A stretch of 64,000 bases of DNA from Candidatus Hadarchaeales archaeon (GCA_038872135.1 JAVZGN010000002.1:41368-105367), one strand, 5' to 3'. Counted from the stretch's first letter, positions 8,716 through 19,031 are shown. Notes: a model not told the origin generated them from the letters alone. Made by a program: numbers and translations.

Positions 8716-9952
8716 CTTCCCAGAACTCCGTCAGTTTTTTCTGGACGCCTCCGACCACTTTTGGCATCCCAGGAAGTTCAATGTGACCATACTTTCCGCC
8801 TCCACCTGCGACAACCTTTAGATTTCCCTCCCTAAATGCCTTTATAACTTCCGCCACGCCATCCCCCGCCACTTCTCTCAGCTCCTCCAGCTGGGCGTTC
8901 ACCAAGACTGAGATCTCGCTGCCAAACCTCGTGACAAGACTCCGCCACGTAGCCTGCACCTCCTCATCGTGCGGGTCTTTCCCACCTTTGGAGAGCGCAA
9001 TGATCTCCGCCAGGGGAACTACTCTGAAATACCTTGGCCTGTGGGGTGGGTGCCTCGGCTCCGGGTAGCTTGCAAGCTCATTCACCCTGTCCCACACACC
9101 CTTCTTTATCCATCCCCCGCAGCTCTCGCACCTCCACTTCAGAGCTCTTGCCCTTTCAATGGAATACTGGTTAAAGCATCTTGAGCATGCAGTTCGGTGA
9201 TATTTTCCCAGCCTCGGGTCGAAGCCGACATTGAGAGAGATGCGCCTGCCTTCCTTCCTGAGAATCGCCATTTTCACCTCATCGAAGGTTGGCTCCTGCA
9301 GCTCCATTCTATTGAACTCCCTCCCAAGCTTGTCTGGCCAGGGGCTGTGGGCATCGGAGCATGAGAGGAAGGTGACCTCCTGAAGCTCCGCTATCCTGTC
9401 AGCCATGTCTGAATCTGCGCTCAGCCCGAGCTCCAAGAAGCTCACCCGATCGCGCATATCCCCATAGCAATCGCCCATTGAATCAAACTCTTTGTAAAGG
9501 CTGGTCCAAGGGGTAAAAGCATGCGCTGGACCTATGAGGCAACCGGCAGATGTGACAATTTCAGCTATTTCTGGGGCGCTCAACCCAACGGTGGCCCTTC
9601 CATCGGTGGCAATGTCCGGGGAGTGGCTCGAAAATTTTTCCCTCACAGTGTCCACCGCGCTCAAAGATGGAAAAATTATGAGATGGTGAACGCGGCTTGC
9701 GTCCTCAACCTCAGCCGTGAGAAGAAACCTGATTCCTGTCTCCTCATGCTCAAGTGTTCCGTCATCCACCAACCGCAGGGTCTCCTCAACCTCCTCGCGC
9801 CAGGAGGGGTGGAAGATATCCCCGGTTCCGACTATCTCCAGCCCCTTGAGCCTCGCCTGTCGGGCAATTGTCTCTATATCCATCCTTGAGGAGGTTGCGC
9901 CGGAAAACCTTGAATGGATGTGGAGATCTGCATTGAATGGCTGGAGGTCCAA
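8705..9952 (-). CDS. PHP-domain protein (archaeal uncharacterised PHP family, TIGR00375-like)
   Basis: 415 aa. N-terminal DLHIHSRFSGATS is a PHP metal-binding motif. Further His/Asp motifs (HHLIIF, SCSDAHSPW), plus CxxC ... CxxC zinc-ribbon-like insert. Confidence 0.65.
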   Translation of the reverse strand: MDLQPFNADLHIHSRFSGATSSRMDIETIARQARLKGLEIVGTGDIFHPSWREEVEETLRLVDDGTLEHEETGIRFLLTAEVEDASRVHHLIIFPSLSAVDTVREKFSSHSPDIATDGRATVGLSAPEIAEIVTSAGCLIGPAHAFTPWTSLYKEFDSMGDCYGDMRDRVSFLELGLSADSDMADRIAELQEVTFLSCSDAHSPWPDKLGREFNRMELQEPTFDEVKMAILRKEGRRISLNVGFDPRLGKYHRTACSRCFNQYSIERARALKWRCESCGGWIKKGVWDRVNELASYPEPRHPPHRPRYFRVVPLAEIIALSKGGKDPHDEEVQATWRSLVTRFGSEISVLVNAQLEELREVAGDGVAEVIKAFREGNLKVVAGGGGKYGHIELPGMPKVVGGVQKKLTEFWEDEG

Positions 9953-9956
9953 GCTA

Positions 9957-10721
9957 TCATCCTATGTAGGGAGTCTCCTCACCCGCTCTTTTTTCCTCCT
10001 CCCTTGCCCTTCTCTCCATCTCTTTCTTGAGCTTTTCCATCAGCTGCTCTGTGGCTCTGGCCTTCTCTTCAAGATTCTGCATGCTTATCTTCAACTTTAA
10101 AACTCCCATCAGGATTTCAAGAACCTCTTTGGCCGCCCTGGGATCAACCATCATCCCGTGGGTCTCGCCGAGAAGGCAGAGCCCCTTCATGCCCCTGAGC
10201 CTTCCCTTGGCGATGAGAAGGCCCGCCGCCCCTATGATGGGCCCTCCTGTGATCTCCGAGGATATTGCACCGTAGGCCTCCGCCTCCCTCACAAGATCGA
10301 TGTCGCCTAGAGCTATTACCTTCGGCTTCTCGGGAGTGTATCTTCCTGTTGCAAAGCCTCCGAGGGTGAAGAGGTACTGTGTCTTCATCTCCCAGACAAA
10401 ATCTAGGACCCTCTCGACGATCTCATAGTGGCCCTCGGGAGTGGCAGACTGGACATCCCCAACCCAGATAAGGAGATCCCTTCCATCGACCTGGACGTGA
10501 TAGATTTCATTTCTAAGGGGCCTCATTATCCCTCCTGCGCCAATAGAAACGTGATGGGGGAAATGGGGGGAGTAAAGCTCTGCAATCACCTTCCCCCTGA
10601 ACTGTGAGAGAATGTGCTCCGCAGCAAGCTTTCCCACATAACCCATTCCCGGGAGCCCTTCGATCAGCACAGGTTGGGTGAGCTTCGGCTTCTCAAGCAC
10701 CCTTAGAATTGTCGTCTTCAT
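9957..10721 (-). CDS. proteasome assembly chaperone (PAC2) family protein with C-terminal coiled-coil tail
   Basis: Trimmed to the ATG at 10721, which overlaps the nop10 stop (ATGA). [37 protein letters not shown] matches the PAC2/DUF75 family start. 254 aa. Confidence 0.65.
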   Translation of the reverse strand: MKTTILRVLEKPKLTQPVLIEGLPGMGYVGKLAAEHILSQFRGKVIAELYSPHFPHHVSIGAGGIMRPLRNEIYHVQVDGRDLLIWVGDVQSATPEGHYEIVERVLDFVWEMKTQYLFTLGGFATGRYTPEKPKVIALGDIDLVREAEAYGAISSEITGGPIIGAAGLLIAKGRLRGMKGLCLLGETHGMMVDPRAAKEVLEILMGVLKLKISMQNLEEKARATEQLMEKLKKEMERRAREEEKRAGEETPYIG

Positions 10722-10876
10722 TGATAAACACCAGCCTCCGCCTTCATCCTCCTCCTGTATTTCCCATAGGGATCCTGCGGTGAGAATCTTGGTGGGTGGG
10801 GCTGTCCTGTGGGGCTCTTGCAGGAGGGACAGAGTTCTTTGAAGGTGTAGATGTTGCAGGACTTGCACTTCCTCAT
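10718..10876 (-). CDS. nop10: H/ACA ribonucleoprotein subunit Nop10 (52 aa), not in ORF track
   Basis: Translated by eye: [52 protein letters not shown]. Has the Nop10 zinc ribbon and the PxRFSP motif. Position directly downstream of aIF2-alpha matches the conserved archaeal arrangement. Confidence 0.8.
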   Translation of the reverse strand: MRKCKSCNIYTFKELCPSCKSPTGQPHPPRFSPQDPYGKYRRRMKAEAGVYQ

Positions 10877-10878
10877 CT

Positions 10879-11670
10879 TCATTCCTCTCCCCTCACCAGC
10901 TCCCCTTTTCCGCCACTTTTCGAGATTTCTTCTATTGCTGTCTCCGCAAACCTCTTCAGCTGCGCCTCCCCAACCTTGTAAGAGGGTGCAACAATCTTTA
11001 TCATGTATCTTGGAGCCCCGAGATATTGGATCTCCACCTTGACGCTCTCATCGCTCACAGCTTTCTCGGCCATCATCAGAGAAGATTTTATTAATTCAAT
11101 GCCGTTGGGAGCAAAAGAGGTCAGCGAGAGTGTGCCGCTCACCATGAACCTTGGCTTTTCCACAGTTGCCGCGGCCTGTTCCTCTATCAGCTTTGCCCAC
11201 TTCTTACCGACGACCTCCTCGAGGGAGCCTGGCCTCTGAATTGCGGCCTCAAGAGCAGCATAGAGGTCGCCGAACTTCTCCTGGAGGGGGAATCCAGCCT
11301 CGGCATAAGCCTCATCCAAGGTTTTCCCAAGCTTCTGAGCCACTAGCTCCAGGAGCTTCTCCGCGCGCTGCTCAAGCTTCAGACGCTCCACCTTCCACCT
11401 TCTCTCGCTGTCCTTCACCCTCCTGATCGAGAGATCAACGCTCCTCCTCTCAGGGTCGGAGAAGAGAACCTTGCAAACCACCTTCTGCCCCTCCTTGATG
11501 TGATCGCGGATGTTCTTTATCCACCCAGATGCCACCTCTGAGATGTGCACCATCCCCTCCTTTCCCCCATACTCATCCAGGGAAACAAAGGCCCCTTGGG
11601 GGAAAATTTTAGTCACGGTGCAGAGAACTAGCTCTCCGGCTGATGGCCACTCAGCCCTACGCCTTACCAA
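10879..11670 (-). CDS. eif2a: translation initiation factor 2 subunit alpha (aIF2-alpha)
   Basis: 263 aa. N-terminal S1 domain ([35 protein letters not shown]), helical domain and C-terminal alpha/beta domain. Typical gene context. Confidence 0.9.
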   Translation of the reverse strand: MVRRRAEWPSAGELVLCTVTKIFPQGAFVSLDEYGGKEGMVHISEVASGWIKNIRDHIKEGQKVVCKVLFSDPERRSVDLSIRRVKDSERRWKVERLKLEQRAEKLLELVAQKLGKTLDEAYAEAGFPLQEKFGDLYAALEAAIQRPGSLEEVVGKKWAKLIEEQAAATVEKPRFMVSGTLSLTSFAPNGIELIKSSLMMAEKAVSDESVKVEIQYLGAPRYMIKIVAPSYKVGEAQLKRFAETAIEEISKSGGKGELVRGEE

Positions 11671-11848
11671 AAGGCTCAGCCTCCCCGATCACTATCCCCT
11701 TCACCTTCGCTTTCCCTCCCGCCGGAACTGCCAGAGTCTTCTCGCACACCCTACATCTCACGACAGTTGTGGCGTGGCTGAAGATCACCTGCTCATTGCC
11801 GCAGCCGGTGCATCTCACCTTGATGAACCTTCCTCCCAAGGCCATCAC
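11657..11848 (-). CDS. rps27e: 30S ribosomal protein S27e
   Basis: 63 aa, C4 zinc finger ([33 protein letters not shown]). Confidence 0.9.
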   Translation of the reverse strand: MMALGGRFIKVRCTGCGNEQVIFSHATTVVRCRVCEKTLAVPAGGKAKVKGIVIGEAEPFGKA

Positions 11849-12132
11849 TCCTCAAACTTTATCGCCTTGCTCCTGAACCCCTTCCTTGGGTGGGATTTCC
11901 CGCAAACAGAGCATTTCAGGAGGAGGGATATTTTCTTCGCCGTCTTGAAGAATTTTCTCTGCTCCGACCTTGGCTGGCTCCCGTAGCCCCTCATGACCCT
12001 CATGAACTGGCGCTGCCCCCAGCTTAGAGGGCTCGCCGAGCGCTTCTTCACCTGGGAGACGGTGTGCTCGGTGTGCCTTTTGCATGTGGGGCAGTATGTT
12101 TTGATTTTTTTCGGGACCTTCATCGATATCAC
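11845..12132 (-). CDS. rpl44e: 50S ribosomal protein L44e
   Basis: 95 aa. [20 protein letters not shown] ... KCSVCGK zinc-binding L44e pattern. Confidence 0.9.
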   Translation of the reverse strand: MISMKVPKKIKTYCPTCKRHTEHTVSQVKKRSASPLSWGQRQFMRVMRGYGSQPRSEQRKFFKTAKKISLLLKCSVCGKSHPRKGFRSKAIKFEE

Positions 12133-12231
12133 CCAGACTTCTCAATCCTGGGGATAAAAACTCTTCTTCATCGGAAGCTTTCAAGCTCTGGACTGCCCGC
12201 ATTCTCCTGAAAATTTATGGAATCTAGTCGC

Positions 12232-12786
12232 TCAAGTCTTTATCTTTATCCTCTTCAAATACCCGTGCCTTTCGAGGAAGCTCACATTCCACTCAGGCAG
12301 ATTGACCAGGTCCCCCTTCTTGAATGGCCCGTAGAATTTGGCATCTGCTCCAGCAATTTTCTCCTGAAGATCTGTTAGGAAGATGGCGGGGGCTCTCGTC
12401 TTTGTCGGTGGTGCAGAAAGATCTATTGCTCCGCTCAGGGCCGGCTCAAGAGTCTTCGCAGTCAGACCCTCCAGGATCTCTCTTATTCCCATGAAGCTCG
12501 CCCTTTCCTGCTCAAGAGCTGCTGGAGGAATTTTGCCCGCTGCGATTTCCTTCAGAGCTTTCGAGACCCTGACCACATGGATTCCCCTGAGGAAAAATGA
12601 TGCTGCCCTCAGCTCTCTATCCGCAAGCTCCTTCTGGAGAAGCTCCCCCCTGGCCAGCTCCTGCCTGAGATATGCTATGAGCTTTGCCGCATCCCGGTAG
12701 AAATGCTCGGGAAGCTCCGTGAGGTCCTTCGAGGAGAGCTCCCGGTTGTAAACTTCAATCAAGGTTTCGATTGTTATTTCCGTCAT
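12232..12786 (-). CDS. GINS complex subunit (Gins15/Gins51-like), putative
   Basis: Trimmed to ATG at 12786 (MTEITIETL...), 3 nt after the priS stop. 184 aa, helical N-terminal half. Immediately downstream of priS, matching the conserved archaeal priS-gins15 pair. Sequence similarity itself is weak by eye. Confidence 0.55.
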   Translation of the reverse strand: MTEITIETLIEVYNRELSSKDLTELPEHFYRDAAKLIAYLRQELARGELLQKELADRELRAASFFLRGIHVVRVSKALKEIAAGKIPPAALEQERASFMGIREILEGLTAKTLEPALSGAIDLSAPPTKTRAPAIFLTDLQEKIAGADAKFYGPFKKGDLVNLPEWNVSFLERHGYLKRIKIKT

Positions 12787-13736
12787 TCTCTCCTCTCCTT
12801 CACAAATTTTGGGATGGCGTCCTCGAGCCTGAAGCTTTCGAGATTCTTCACAACAATGCACTTCATGCTGACTCCTGAGTGGAGGGAAGATGGAAGGCGC
12901 AGAATTCTCTTTGTGTCGACAGTGACCTTTCCATCTGTGAACTCTGAGTTGAGCCTCGCCAGAGCAGAAAGGAGCTTTGTGATCGTTTCCGCGCCAAGGC
13001 CCTTCAGGCTGAAAATCTCATCGGTGTTGCCACTTCTGAGACAGTTTATGATGTGCTGCTTTTCCTCCAGGAGCCTAGCAAGAGTTCTCCTGACACCCAC
13101 CTCCGCCGCCAGCCTCTTCTCATCCATCTTCTCAAGGGTTCTCGCCGCCCTCTCCCTGAAGACCTTTGAATATCCAAGGAGAAGGGAGAGATTTGACGGG
13201 ACCACCCCGCCAGCTACATATGTCACAAACTGGCTCCTCTCCGTGGTCTCAAGATGCATGGCTGCCTCATCCAGAATCCTTATGTGAAAGCCCCTGCCTG
13301 AATAGGAGGTCACGATGTTTCTGAATCCCAGGTCGCCCTTTAAGGTATCGATGAACTCCAGCGCCACATCCCTCGCCTGGTAGATGCATGACTCGCACAC
13401 CTTTCCCTCGGCGCAGCCGCAGGATTTGACGGGGAGATCTTTTGCATCTATGTCCAGGGCCAGCTCCGCCTTCAGCCACCCCTCGCGCTTTGTGGGCCTT
13501 TCATAGAGGGCGACGCTGGTGTAGGCGGAGTAGGGGGCCATGTTTTTCAAAAATTCCTCAAGCTGCTCGACCGTCATGAACTGGTTGTATCTGTGGCTGG
13601 GGCCGCTCCCGTCAAGGTCAAAACCGAACTCTCTGAGGGAAAGGGTCTGACGGACGAAATCTGGGAGGTCCCGCTTGTTCCACTCTTCCCTGTAGAAAAT
13701 CTGCCGCTCATCTCTCGTTGCCTCCCTCATCAGCAT
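12783..13736 (-). CDS. priS: DNA primase small (catalytic) subunit PriS
   Basis: 317 aa. Catalytic acidic motif ELALDIDAKD, zinc knuckle CGCAEGKVCESC and SYSGRGFHIRI primase motif. Confidence 0.85.
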   Translation of the reverse strand: MLMREATRDERQIFYREEWNKRDLPDFVRQTLSLREFGFDLDGSGPSHRYNQFMTVEQLEEFLKNMAPYSAYTSVALYERPTKREGWLKAELALDIDAKDLPVKSCGCAEGKVCESCIYQARDVALEFIDTLKGDLGFRNIVTSYSGRGFHIRILDEAAMHLETTERSQFVTYVAGGVVPSNLSLLLGYSKVFRERAARTLEKMDEKRLAAEVGVRRTLARLLEEKQHIINCLRSGNTDEIFSLKGLGAETITKLLSALARLNSEFTDGKVTVDTKRILRLPSSLHSGVSMKCIVVKNLESFRLEDAIPKFVKERRE

Positions 13737-13886
13737 GATGTCCCCATCTAAGTTAAGGTGCGAAGGAAAAAAGCATCACTATTTGGGGGGCCACGGTCAT
13801 CACCACATCATCCTGCAAAGGCAACCGGTCGGGACAGGCGACCACCCTCTATTTTAACCCGGTCTGCGACTTTCTTACGGTGGGGC

Positions 13887-14765
13887 ATGAAAATCTCCGA
13901 GACAAGCGCAAGGGATGTGGGGCTGGCGATCCCCCAGCGAAAGCCAGAGGCTCACAAAGGGGACTTTGGGAGGTTGCTTGTGATCGGTGGCAGCCCTAGA
14001 TATGTGGGCGCCCCAGCCCTAGCGGCTTTAGCTGCCCTCAGAAGCGGGGTGGACCTCGCGATTGTCGCCGCCCCGGAGAAGGTAGCCTGGATGATAAACT
14101 CCTTTTCCCCAGATCTCATCACGGTAAAGTTGCCCTGCGAGGAGCTGGAGCCCTCAGTCATTCCCTCCTTAAAAGAAGAACTCGCAAAAGCCACAGCTCT
14201 TGTCATCGGGCCTGGGCTCTCTGGCTCACAAAAAGTTTTGTCGGCCGTCCGCGAGATCATCGAGATCCTAAAGGGAGAATTCTCATCGTTGCCCGCGGTC
14301 TTCGACGCAGACGCCCTGAAACCATTTGCAGAAATTAAACAGCGCCTCGAGATGCCCTGGATTTTAACCCCTCACGCAGGAGAGTTTAGGTTGCTCACCG
14401 GTGAAGAACTCCCTGGCTCCACTCAGGAAAGGGCAGAAGCTGTTGCCGCCCTCTCTCAGAGGATGGGAGTTACCGTTCTCTTGAAGGGCCATGCGGACAT
14501 CATTGTATCTCCAGATGGGAGGGTAAAAATAAACAGGACTGGGAATCCGGGGATGACCGTCGGTGGTACCGGGGATGTCCTTGCGGGGGTGGTTGGGGCC
14601 TTCCTCGCCCAGAAGAACCTTCCATTTGCCGCGGCTGCCGCCGGGGCGTGGGCCTGCGGAAGGGCGGGCGACCTCTGCCTCAAAGAAATCGGATATGAGT
14701 TCACAGCCTCAGATGTAATAAATATGCTCCCGTATGTCTTTAGAGAGATTAGGAGGCGGAGATGA
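13887..14765 (+). CDS. nnrD: ADP-dependent (S)-NAD(P)H-hydrate dehydratase (YjeF C-terminal / Nnr2 domain)
   Basis: Trimmed to ATG 13887 ([10 protein letters not shown]). Motifs [22 protein letters not shown] and [16 protein letters not shown] match the carbohydrate-kinase-like YjeF_C fold. Confidence 0.8.
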   Translation: MKISETSARDVGLAIPQRKPEAHKGDFGRLLVIGGSPRYVGAPALAALAALRSGVDLAIVAAPEKVAWMINSFSPDLITVKLPCEELEPSVIPSLKEELAKATALVIGPGLSGSQKVLSAVREIIEILKGEFSSLPAVFDADALKPFAEIKQRLEMPWILTPHAGEFRLLTGEELPGSTQERAEAVAALSQRMGVTVLLKGHADIIVSPDGRVKINRTGNPGMTVGGTGDVLAGVVGAFLAQKNLPFAAAAAGAWACGRAGDLCLKEIGYEFTASDVINMLPYVFREIRRRR

Positions 14766-14911
14766 TGGCTAGGTTTGAGGTGGCCGAAAAGAGGCTCTTC
14801 AATGTGCTGATATGCATGAAGTGCAATGCCAGAAATCCCATCAAGGCTACAAAATGCCGGAAGTGTGGATACAAGGGGCTCAGGCCAAAATCGAAGGAGC
14901 CGAAGGGATAA
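14765..14911 (+). CDS. rpl40e: 50S ribosomal protein L40e (48 aa), not in ORF track
   Basis: Translated by eye: [48 protein letters not shown]. Start ATG overlaps the upstream TGA (TGATG). Confidence 0.8.
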   Translation: MARFEVAEKRLFNVLICMKCNARNPIKATKCRKCGYKGLRPKSKEPKG

Positions 14912-14915
14912 ACCC

Positions 14916-15683
14916 ATGACTGAGAAACCTGTTGAAAAACACCTGAAAGATGTTATCAAAAGGGATGGAGTGGCTCACCTCACGCTGATAGACCCTGCAA
15001 AGCAGAAGCCCGAGGTGGCCGGGGAGATGGCCAGAGATGCTGAGATAGCCGGCACAAATGGAATAATGGTCGGGGGATCCACGAAAGCTACAGGGAAGAT
15101 CCTCGACGAAACTGTCCTAGCAATCAAGCGCAGGAGCAGCCTGCCGGTCATCCTCTTCCCAGCCAGCGAAGGGGGAATAACTCACTATGCTGATGCAATC
15201 TTTTTCATGAGCCTCCTGAACTCCCGAGATCCCTATTTCATCACAGGGGCGCAGATGAGGGGAGCACCTCTGGTGAAGAAGTTTGGGCTGGAGCCGATTC
15301 CGATGGCCTACATTCTGATTGAGCCTGGGGGAACTGCCGGGAAAGTTGGGAAGGCTGAGCTAATTCCCCGCGACTCCCCCGAAACCGCTGCTGCCTATGC
15401 TCTCGCCGCCCAGTATCTTGGAATGAGCTTTGTCTATCTTGAAGCCGGGTCGGGGGCGGAGGAACCGGTCCCAGTCGAGATGGTCAGGGCTGTGAAGAAG
15501 GAGATAGAAATCCCGCTGATAGTTGGAGGGGGGATAAGAGAGCCTGAGGCCGCGGAAGAGATAGTGAAAGCTGGAGCAGACATCATAGTTACTGGGACTG
15601 TTGTTGAAAAGGCGACGGACAGGGCCACAGAGCTGAAGAGGATCATAGACGCTGCAAAGAAGGTCGGAAGGAAGCCTACTTGA
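14916..15683 (+). CDS. geranylgeranylglyceryl phosphate synthase (GGGPS, PcrB family)
   Basis: Trimmed to ATG 14916 (MTEKPVEKHL). TIM-barrel PcrB/GGGPS motifs (DPAKQ ... GTNGIMVGGS ... EPGGTAG ... YLEAGSGA ... LIVGGGIR). Confidence 0.9.
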   Translation: MTEKPVEKHLKDVIKRDGVAHLTLIDPAKQKPEVAGEMARDAEIAGTNGIMVGGSTKATGKILDETVLAIKRRSSLPVILFPASEGGITHYADAIFFMSLLNSRDPYFITGAQMRGAPLVKKFGLEPIPMAYILIEPGGTAGKVGKAELIPRDSPETAAAYALAAQYLGMSFVYLEAGSGAEEPVPVEMVRAVKKEIEIPLIVGGGIREPEAAEEIVKAGADIIVTGTVVEKATDRATELKRIIDAAKKVGRKPT

Positions 15684-15900
15684 TGAGCCCCCTGTGCTTT
15701 GCGCAGGAGATGCAGGCGTAAGCCTTCTGGTAGGGGAGAAAAACCCTTCTCCTGTCGATGCCCGGGATATTTTTCAAATCTATTCCAGGGCCCCGTCTCA
15801 CCTCAACTGCCTTCACCCTCGGGGTGAGGCGCCCGCAGTAGACACATGAGACCGGTTGGCTCCTTCCACCCACCTTGTAAAGTCCCCATTTCTTTCCCAT
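15676..15900 (-). CDS. ribosomal protein S26e-like (short form), putative
   Basis: 74 aa, basic, two Cys pairs (SCVYCGR ... CISCAKH) arranged as in S26e (IRCTNCARCVPK ... YCVSCAIHS). Shorter than typical S26e. Confidence 0.5.
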   Translation of the reverse strand: MGKKWGLYKVGGRSQPVSCVYCGRLTPRVKAVEVRRGPGIDLKNIPGIDRRRVFLPYQKAYACISCAKHRGLIK

Positions 15901-16069
15901 GACTATCGCTACCTCTCTTCTTTTGCCGCTATAACTGTTGTGCTTTGAGAAGAATCATCAGCTATTATAACCCTGAGAGTTTCACAGACTCCATTCTGAA
16001 AAAAGCCTGAAATTTAGTGATGCACAAAGATGTTATAGAGCCGCAGACAAAGGTTCATCTGGGAAATCA

Positions 16070-18166
16070 ATGCAGGGGTCTCCAGACATCCTCAGCAATC
16101 CCCTCCTCAGAAAAGAGCTACTGGAGAAAAGGGAGTACCAGGTGAATGTCGCGAGAGAGGCCATAAGAAAAAACACCCTCGTGGTTCTCCCGACTGCCCT
16201 GGGAAAAACCATCATCGCTGTTTTAACCGCCGCCCACTTCCTCTACAACTACAGAAAAATGAAGGTCCTAGTAATGGCCCCAACAAAACCTCTAGTCCTC
16301 CAGCACAGAAACACCTTCCTGAGACTCCTCAAGCTTAGATCAGAAGATGTTGAGGTCCTCACTGGAAAATCTCCCCCGGCCTACAGGCTCAAGGCGTGGG
16401 AGGGGAACGCAAAGGTCTACTTCGCCACTCCCCAGGTTGTGAACAACGATCATGAAAAAGGGCTGAGACTCGACAAATTCAGCCTCCTCGTCTTCGACGA
16501 GTGCCACAGGGCCAGGAAAAACTACGCCTACACCAAAGTCGCTCAGGCCTACGTCTCTGAATCTCCCCATCCGATGATCCTTGCCATGACTGCGAGTCCT
16601 GGAGCCGAAAGGAAAAAGATAGAAGAGCTCTGCAGGGCCCTTTTCATCGAGCATGTAGAGATGAGAAGCGAGGAGGATCCCGATGTTCAGCCCTATGTTG
16701 GGAAGATCGGGCTGGAGTGGAAGATTCTCCCCTTCCCCCAATCCTACCGGGAAATCCACCAAAAAATCAAGGAAATGCTCGAGAATAGGCTGACCTCCCT
16801 CTCCTCCATGGGGGTGATAAAAAAGCATCCAAAATTCATCTTCAGAAATGATCTGCTGGAGGCCGGGGAGAAACTCAGAGAAATGCTCGCCTCAGCGCAC
16901 GGTCCTGAGAGGGGCAAAATCTTTGGAGCAATCTTGCTGCAGTCTTCGGCCATGACCCTCTACCATGCTCTCGAACTCCTGGAGAGCCAAGGGCTTCACA
17001 CCTTCGCCAGCTTTCTGGAAAAGCTGAGGAAAAGCGGGAAGAGAAGCCACCGCTCGATTGTGAATGAGATGGAGAGGGCCGGGATCTTTCAGAAACTTGA
17101 GGAAAAGGAGGAGCACCCGAAAATAAAAATCCTGGAGTCGGAGGTCAGGCAGCAACTCCTCGCCAACCCCTCCTCAAAAGTCATTGTCTTCACCCAGTAC
17201 CGGGACACCTCCTCCTGGATCGTGGAGAGGCTCAGAAAGCTGGGGATATGGGCGGAGAGATTCGTGGGGCAGGCCGACAGGGAGGAGGAAAGGGGAATGA
17301 GCCAGGATGAGCAGGCGAGGCTCTTGGAGAAGTTCAGAGAAGGCAAGGTGAGGGTCTTGGTGGCCACCAGCATTGCCGAGGAAGGCCTTGACATCCCAAA
17401 TGTTGACCTTGTGGTCTTCTATGAGCCTGTCCCAAGCGAGATAAGATACATCCAGAGGAAGGGGAGGACGGGAAGGGGGAAGTTTGGAAGGGTTGTGATC
17501 CTCGCGACCGAGAATTCCCTAGACACCACCTACCTGAGGAGCAGCAGGAAAAAGGTGGAGAGAATGAGAAGAATGATCAAACGGCTGAACATGGAGCTTT
17601 CGCCGATCATGAGGTTTGGGCCCCAGCCCCCTCTAGATCCAATGACACCGGATGAAATTGCGGAGGCCGAAAAACTAGCACCGCCCGAGGAGATGGGAAG
17701 GGAGGATTTCGAGGAGTTGGAGGATCTGAAGCTCAAAGAGTTCAACCGGGAGGTGAACAGGGCAGCGAGGAAGCTCCTCACCACCGTGCTGAAGAGCGGG
17801 CGTGAAGGAGTCCAGGTGGAGGAGCTTGAAAAGGAGATGCCGCCTGCGATCGTGAGGGAGGCAACGGGAAGGCTTCTTTCTAGCAACCTGGTGGAAGAAA
17901 TCGATGGGAAAATCCTGCCGGCTGGAATCGGGGGAGAGAAATGGCCGGAGAGCAAGCTCCACACCTTTGAGGTGGAGAAGATTCTTCCCGGGATGGCAAT
18001 TCTTCTCGTCGACGAGAAGTGGAGGGCGATTCTCACCCCCGATAGTTATGAGGGGCCAAGAGATCTTCTGAAAAAAGGCATAAGGTTCAGGGCTGCCGCT
18101 GACCTTTATAAAAGAGAGGGGCGGCTGCATGCCAGGGTCTGGGGAATCGAGTCTGTGCTCAGCTAG
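16070..18166 (+). CDS. Hef/FANCM-family DECH-box helicase (helicase core only)
   Basis: 698 aa. Motif I LPTALGKT, motif II DECH, motif III TASP, C-terminal RecA lobe with QRKGRTGR. The N-terminus LLEKREYQVNVAREAIRKNTLVVLPT resembles archaeal Hef. The C-terminal ~170 aa shows no ERCC4 nuclease motif. Confidence 0.75.
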   Translation: MQGSPDILSNPLLRKELLEKREYQVNVAREAIRKNTLVVLPTALGKTIIAVLTAAHFLYNYRKMKVLVMAPTKPLVLQHRNTFLRLLKLRSEDVEVLTGKSPPAYRLKAWEGNAKVYFATPQVVNNDHEKGLRLDKFSLLVFDECHRARKNYAYTKVAQAYVSESPHPMILAMTASPGAERKKIEELCRALFIEHVEMRSEEDPDVQPYVGKIGLEWKILPFPQSYREIHQKIKEMLENRLTSLSSMGVIKKHPKFIFRNDLLEAGEKLREMLASAHGPERGKIFGAILLQSSAMTLYHALELLESQGLHTFASFLEKLRKSGKRSHRSIVNEMERAGIFQKLEEKEEHPKIKILESEVRQQLLANPSSKVIVFTQYRDTSSWIVERLRKLGIWAERFVGQADREEERGMSQDEQARLLEKFREGKVRVLVATSIAEEGLDIPNVDLVVFYEPVPSEIRYIQRKGRTGRGKFGRVVILATENSLDTTYLRSSRKKVERMRRMIKRLNMELSPIMRFGPQPPLDPMTPDEIAEAEKLAPPEEMGREDFEELEDLKLKEFNREVNRAARKLLTTVLKSGREGVQVEELEKEMPPAIVREATGRLLSSNLVEEIDGKILPAGIGGEKWPESKLHTFEVEKILPGMAILLVDEKWRAILTPDSYEGPRDLLKKGIRFRAAADLYKREGRLHARVWGIESVLS

Positions 18167-19031
18167 CGGGAGATTCAAAGAATATCATTTTCTCCCAAAG
18201 AAGGTTTTGCTCCTGACCCAAGCTGTGGCCGAAAAAATAATTGAGGCGAATGCAAGGGGTGACAAAAGCGTCTACATTACTCTCGATCTTGGAAGATCCA
18301 TCTCAAAAGTCTTTTTGCGGGAAGGGCGCGTGGAGCTTGAGGGTATCTCCCTGCCAATGAAGGAGCTTGAGAGAATAAAAGAGAAGGACATTTATCAGGT
18401 GGGTTCAGAGGGAATCAAAAAAGTTGCATTTTTCGCAGGTGGAAATTACTACCGGCTAGTGAATGTCTACCAAAACTGCGCCCCAACCCTGGAGATAAAC
18501 GGCATCCACATGCACAGGATAAAAAACATCACCCCATGGGACGATGCCAGCGAAAAGGTGAAGTTGGCGAAAATTTTCCCGGGAGCAAAAGTCCTGGACA
18601 TCTGCACCGGGCTTGGATACACAGCCATCCTGTCTCTCAAGCGCGGGGCTTCCGTCGTAACTGTGGAGAAGGATGAAAATGTTCTGAGGATGGCGGAGAT
18701 AAACCCGTGGTCAAAAGAGCTTGAAAGCCCAAAGGTGAAGATGATTCTGGGGGATGCCACAGAAGTGATCCATGAATTTGAGAAATCTTCTTTCGACAGA
18801 ATAATTCATGATCCACCCAGATTGGCGATGGCTGGGGAGCTCTACAGCGGGGATTTCTACTCATCTCTTTTTGAAGTTCTCAAGCCAGGCGGAACCCTCT
18901 TTCACTATACCGGAGAGCCGGGAAAAATGCGGAGAAAGGATGTTCCCCGAGGCGTTTGCGAGAGATTGAAAGCGAGCGGTTTTGAGATCCTGAGAAAGAC
19001 CGCCACGGGTGTGGTGGCCAGGAAACCATAG
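18129..19031 (+). CDS. class I SAM-dependent methyltransferase (probable RNA methyltransferase, DPP motif)
   Basis: Motif I VLDICTGLGYTA and catalytic IHDPPRL (N-methyltransferase D/NPP[YFR] type). The N-terminal ~120 aa is an unknown domain. The ATG at 18129 overlaps the helicase 3-prime end by 38 nt. Confidence 0.6.
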   Translation: MPGSGESSLCSASGRFKEYHFLPKKVLLLTQAVAEKIIEANARGDKSVYITLDLGRSISKVFLREGRVELEGISLPMKELERIKEKDIYQVGSEGIKKVAFFAGGNYYRLVNVYQNCAPTLEINGIHMHRIKNITPWDDASEKVKLAKIFPGAKVLDICTGLGYTAILSLKRGASVVTVEKDENVLRMAEINPWSKELESPKVKMILGDATEVIHEFEKSSFDRIIHDPPRLAMAGELYSGDFYSSLFEVLKPGGTLFHYTGEPGKMRRKDVPRGVCERLKASGFEILRKTATGVVARKP

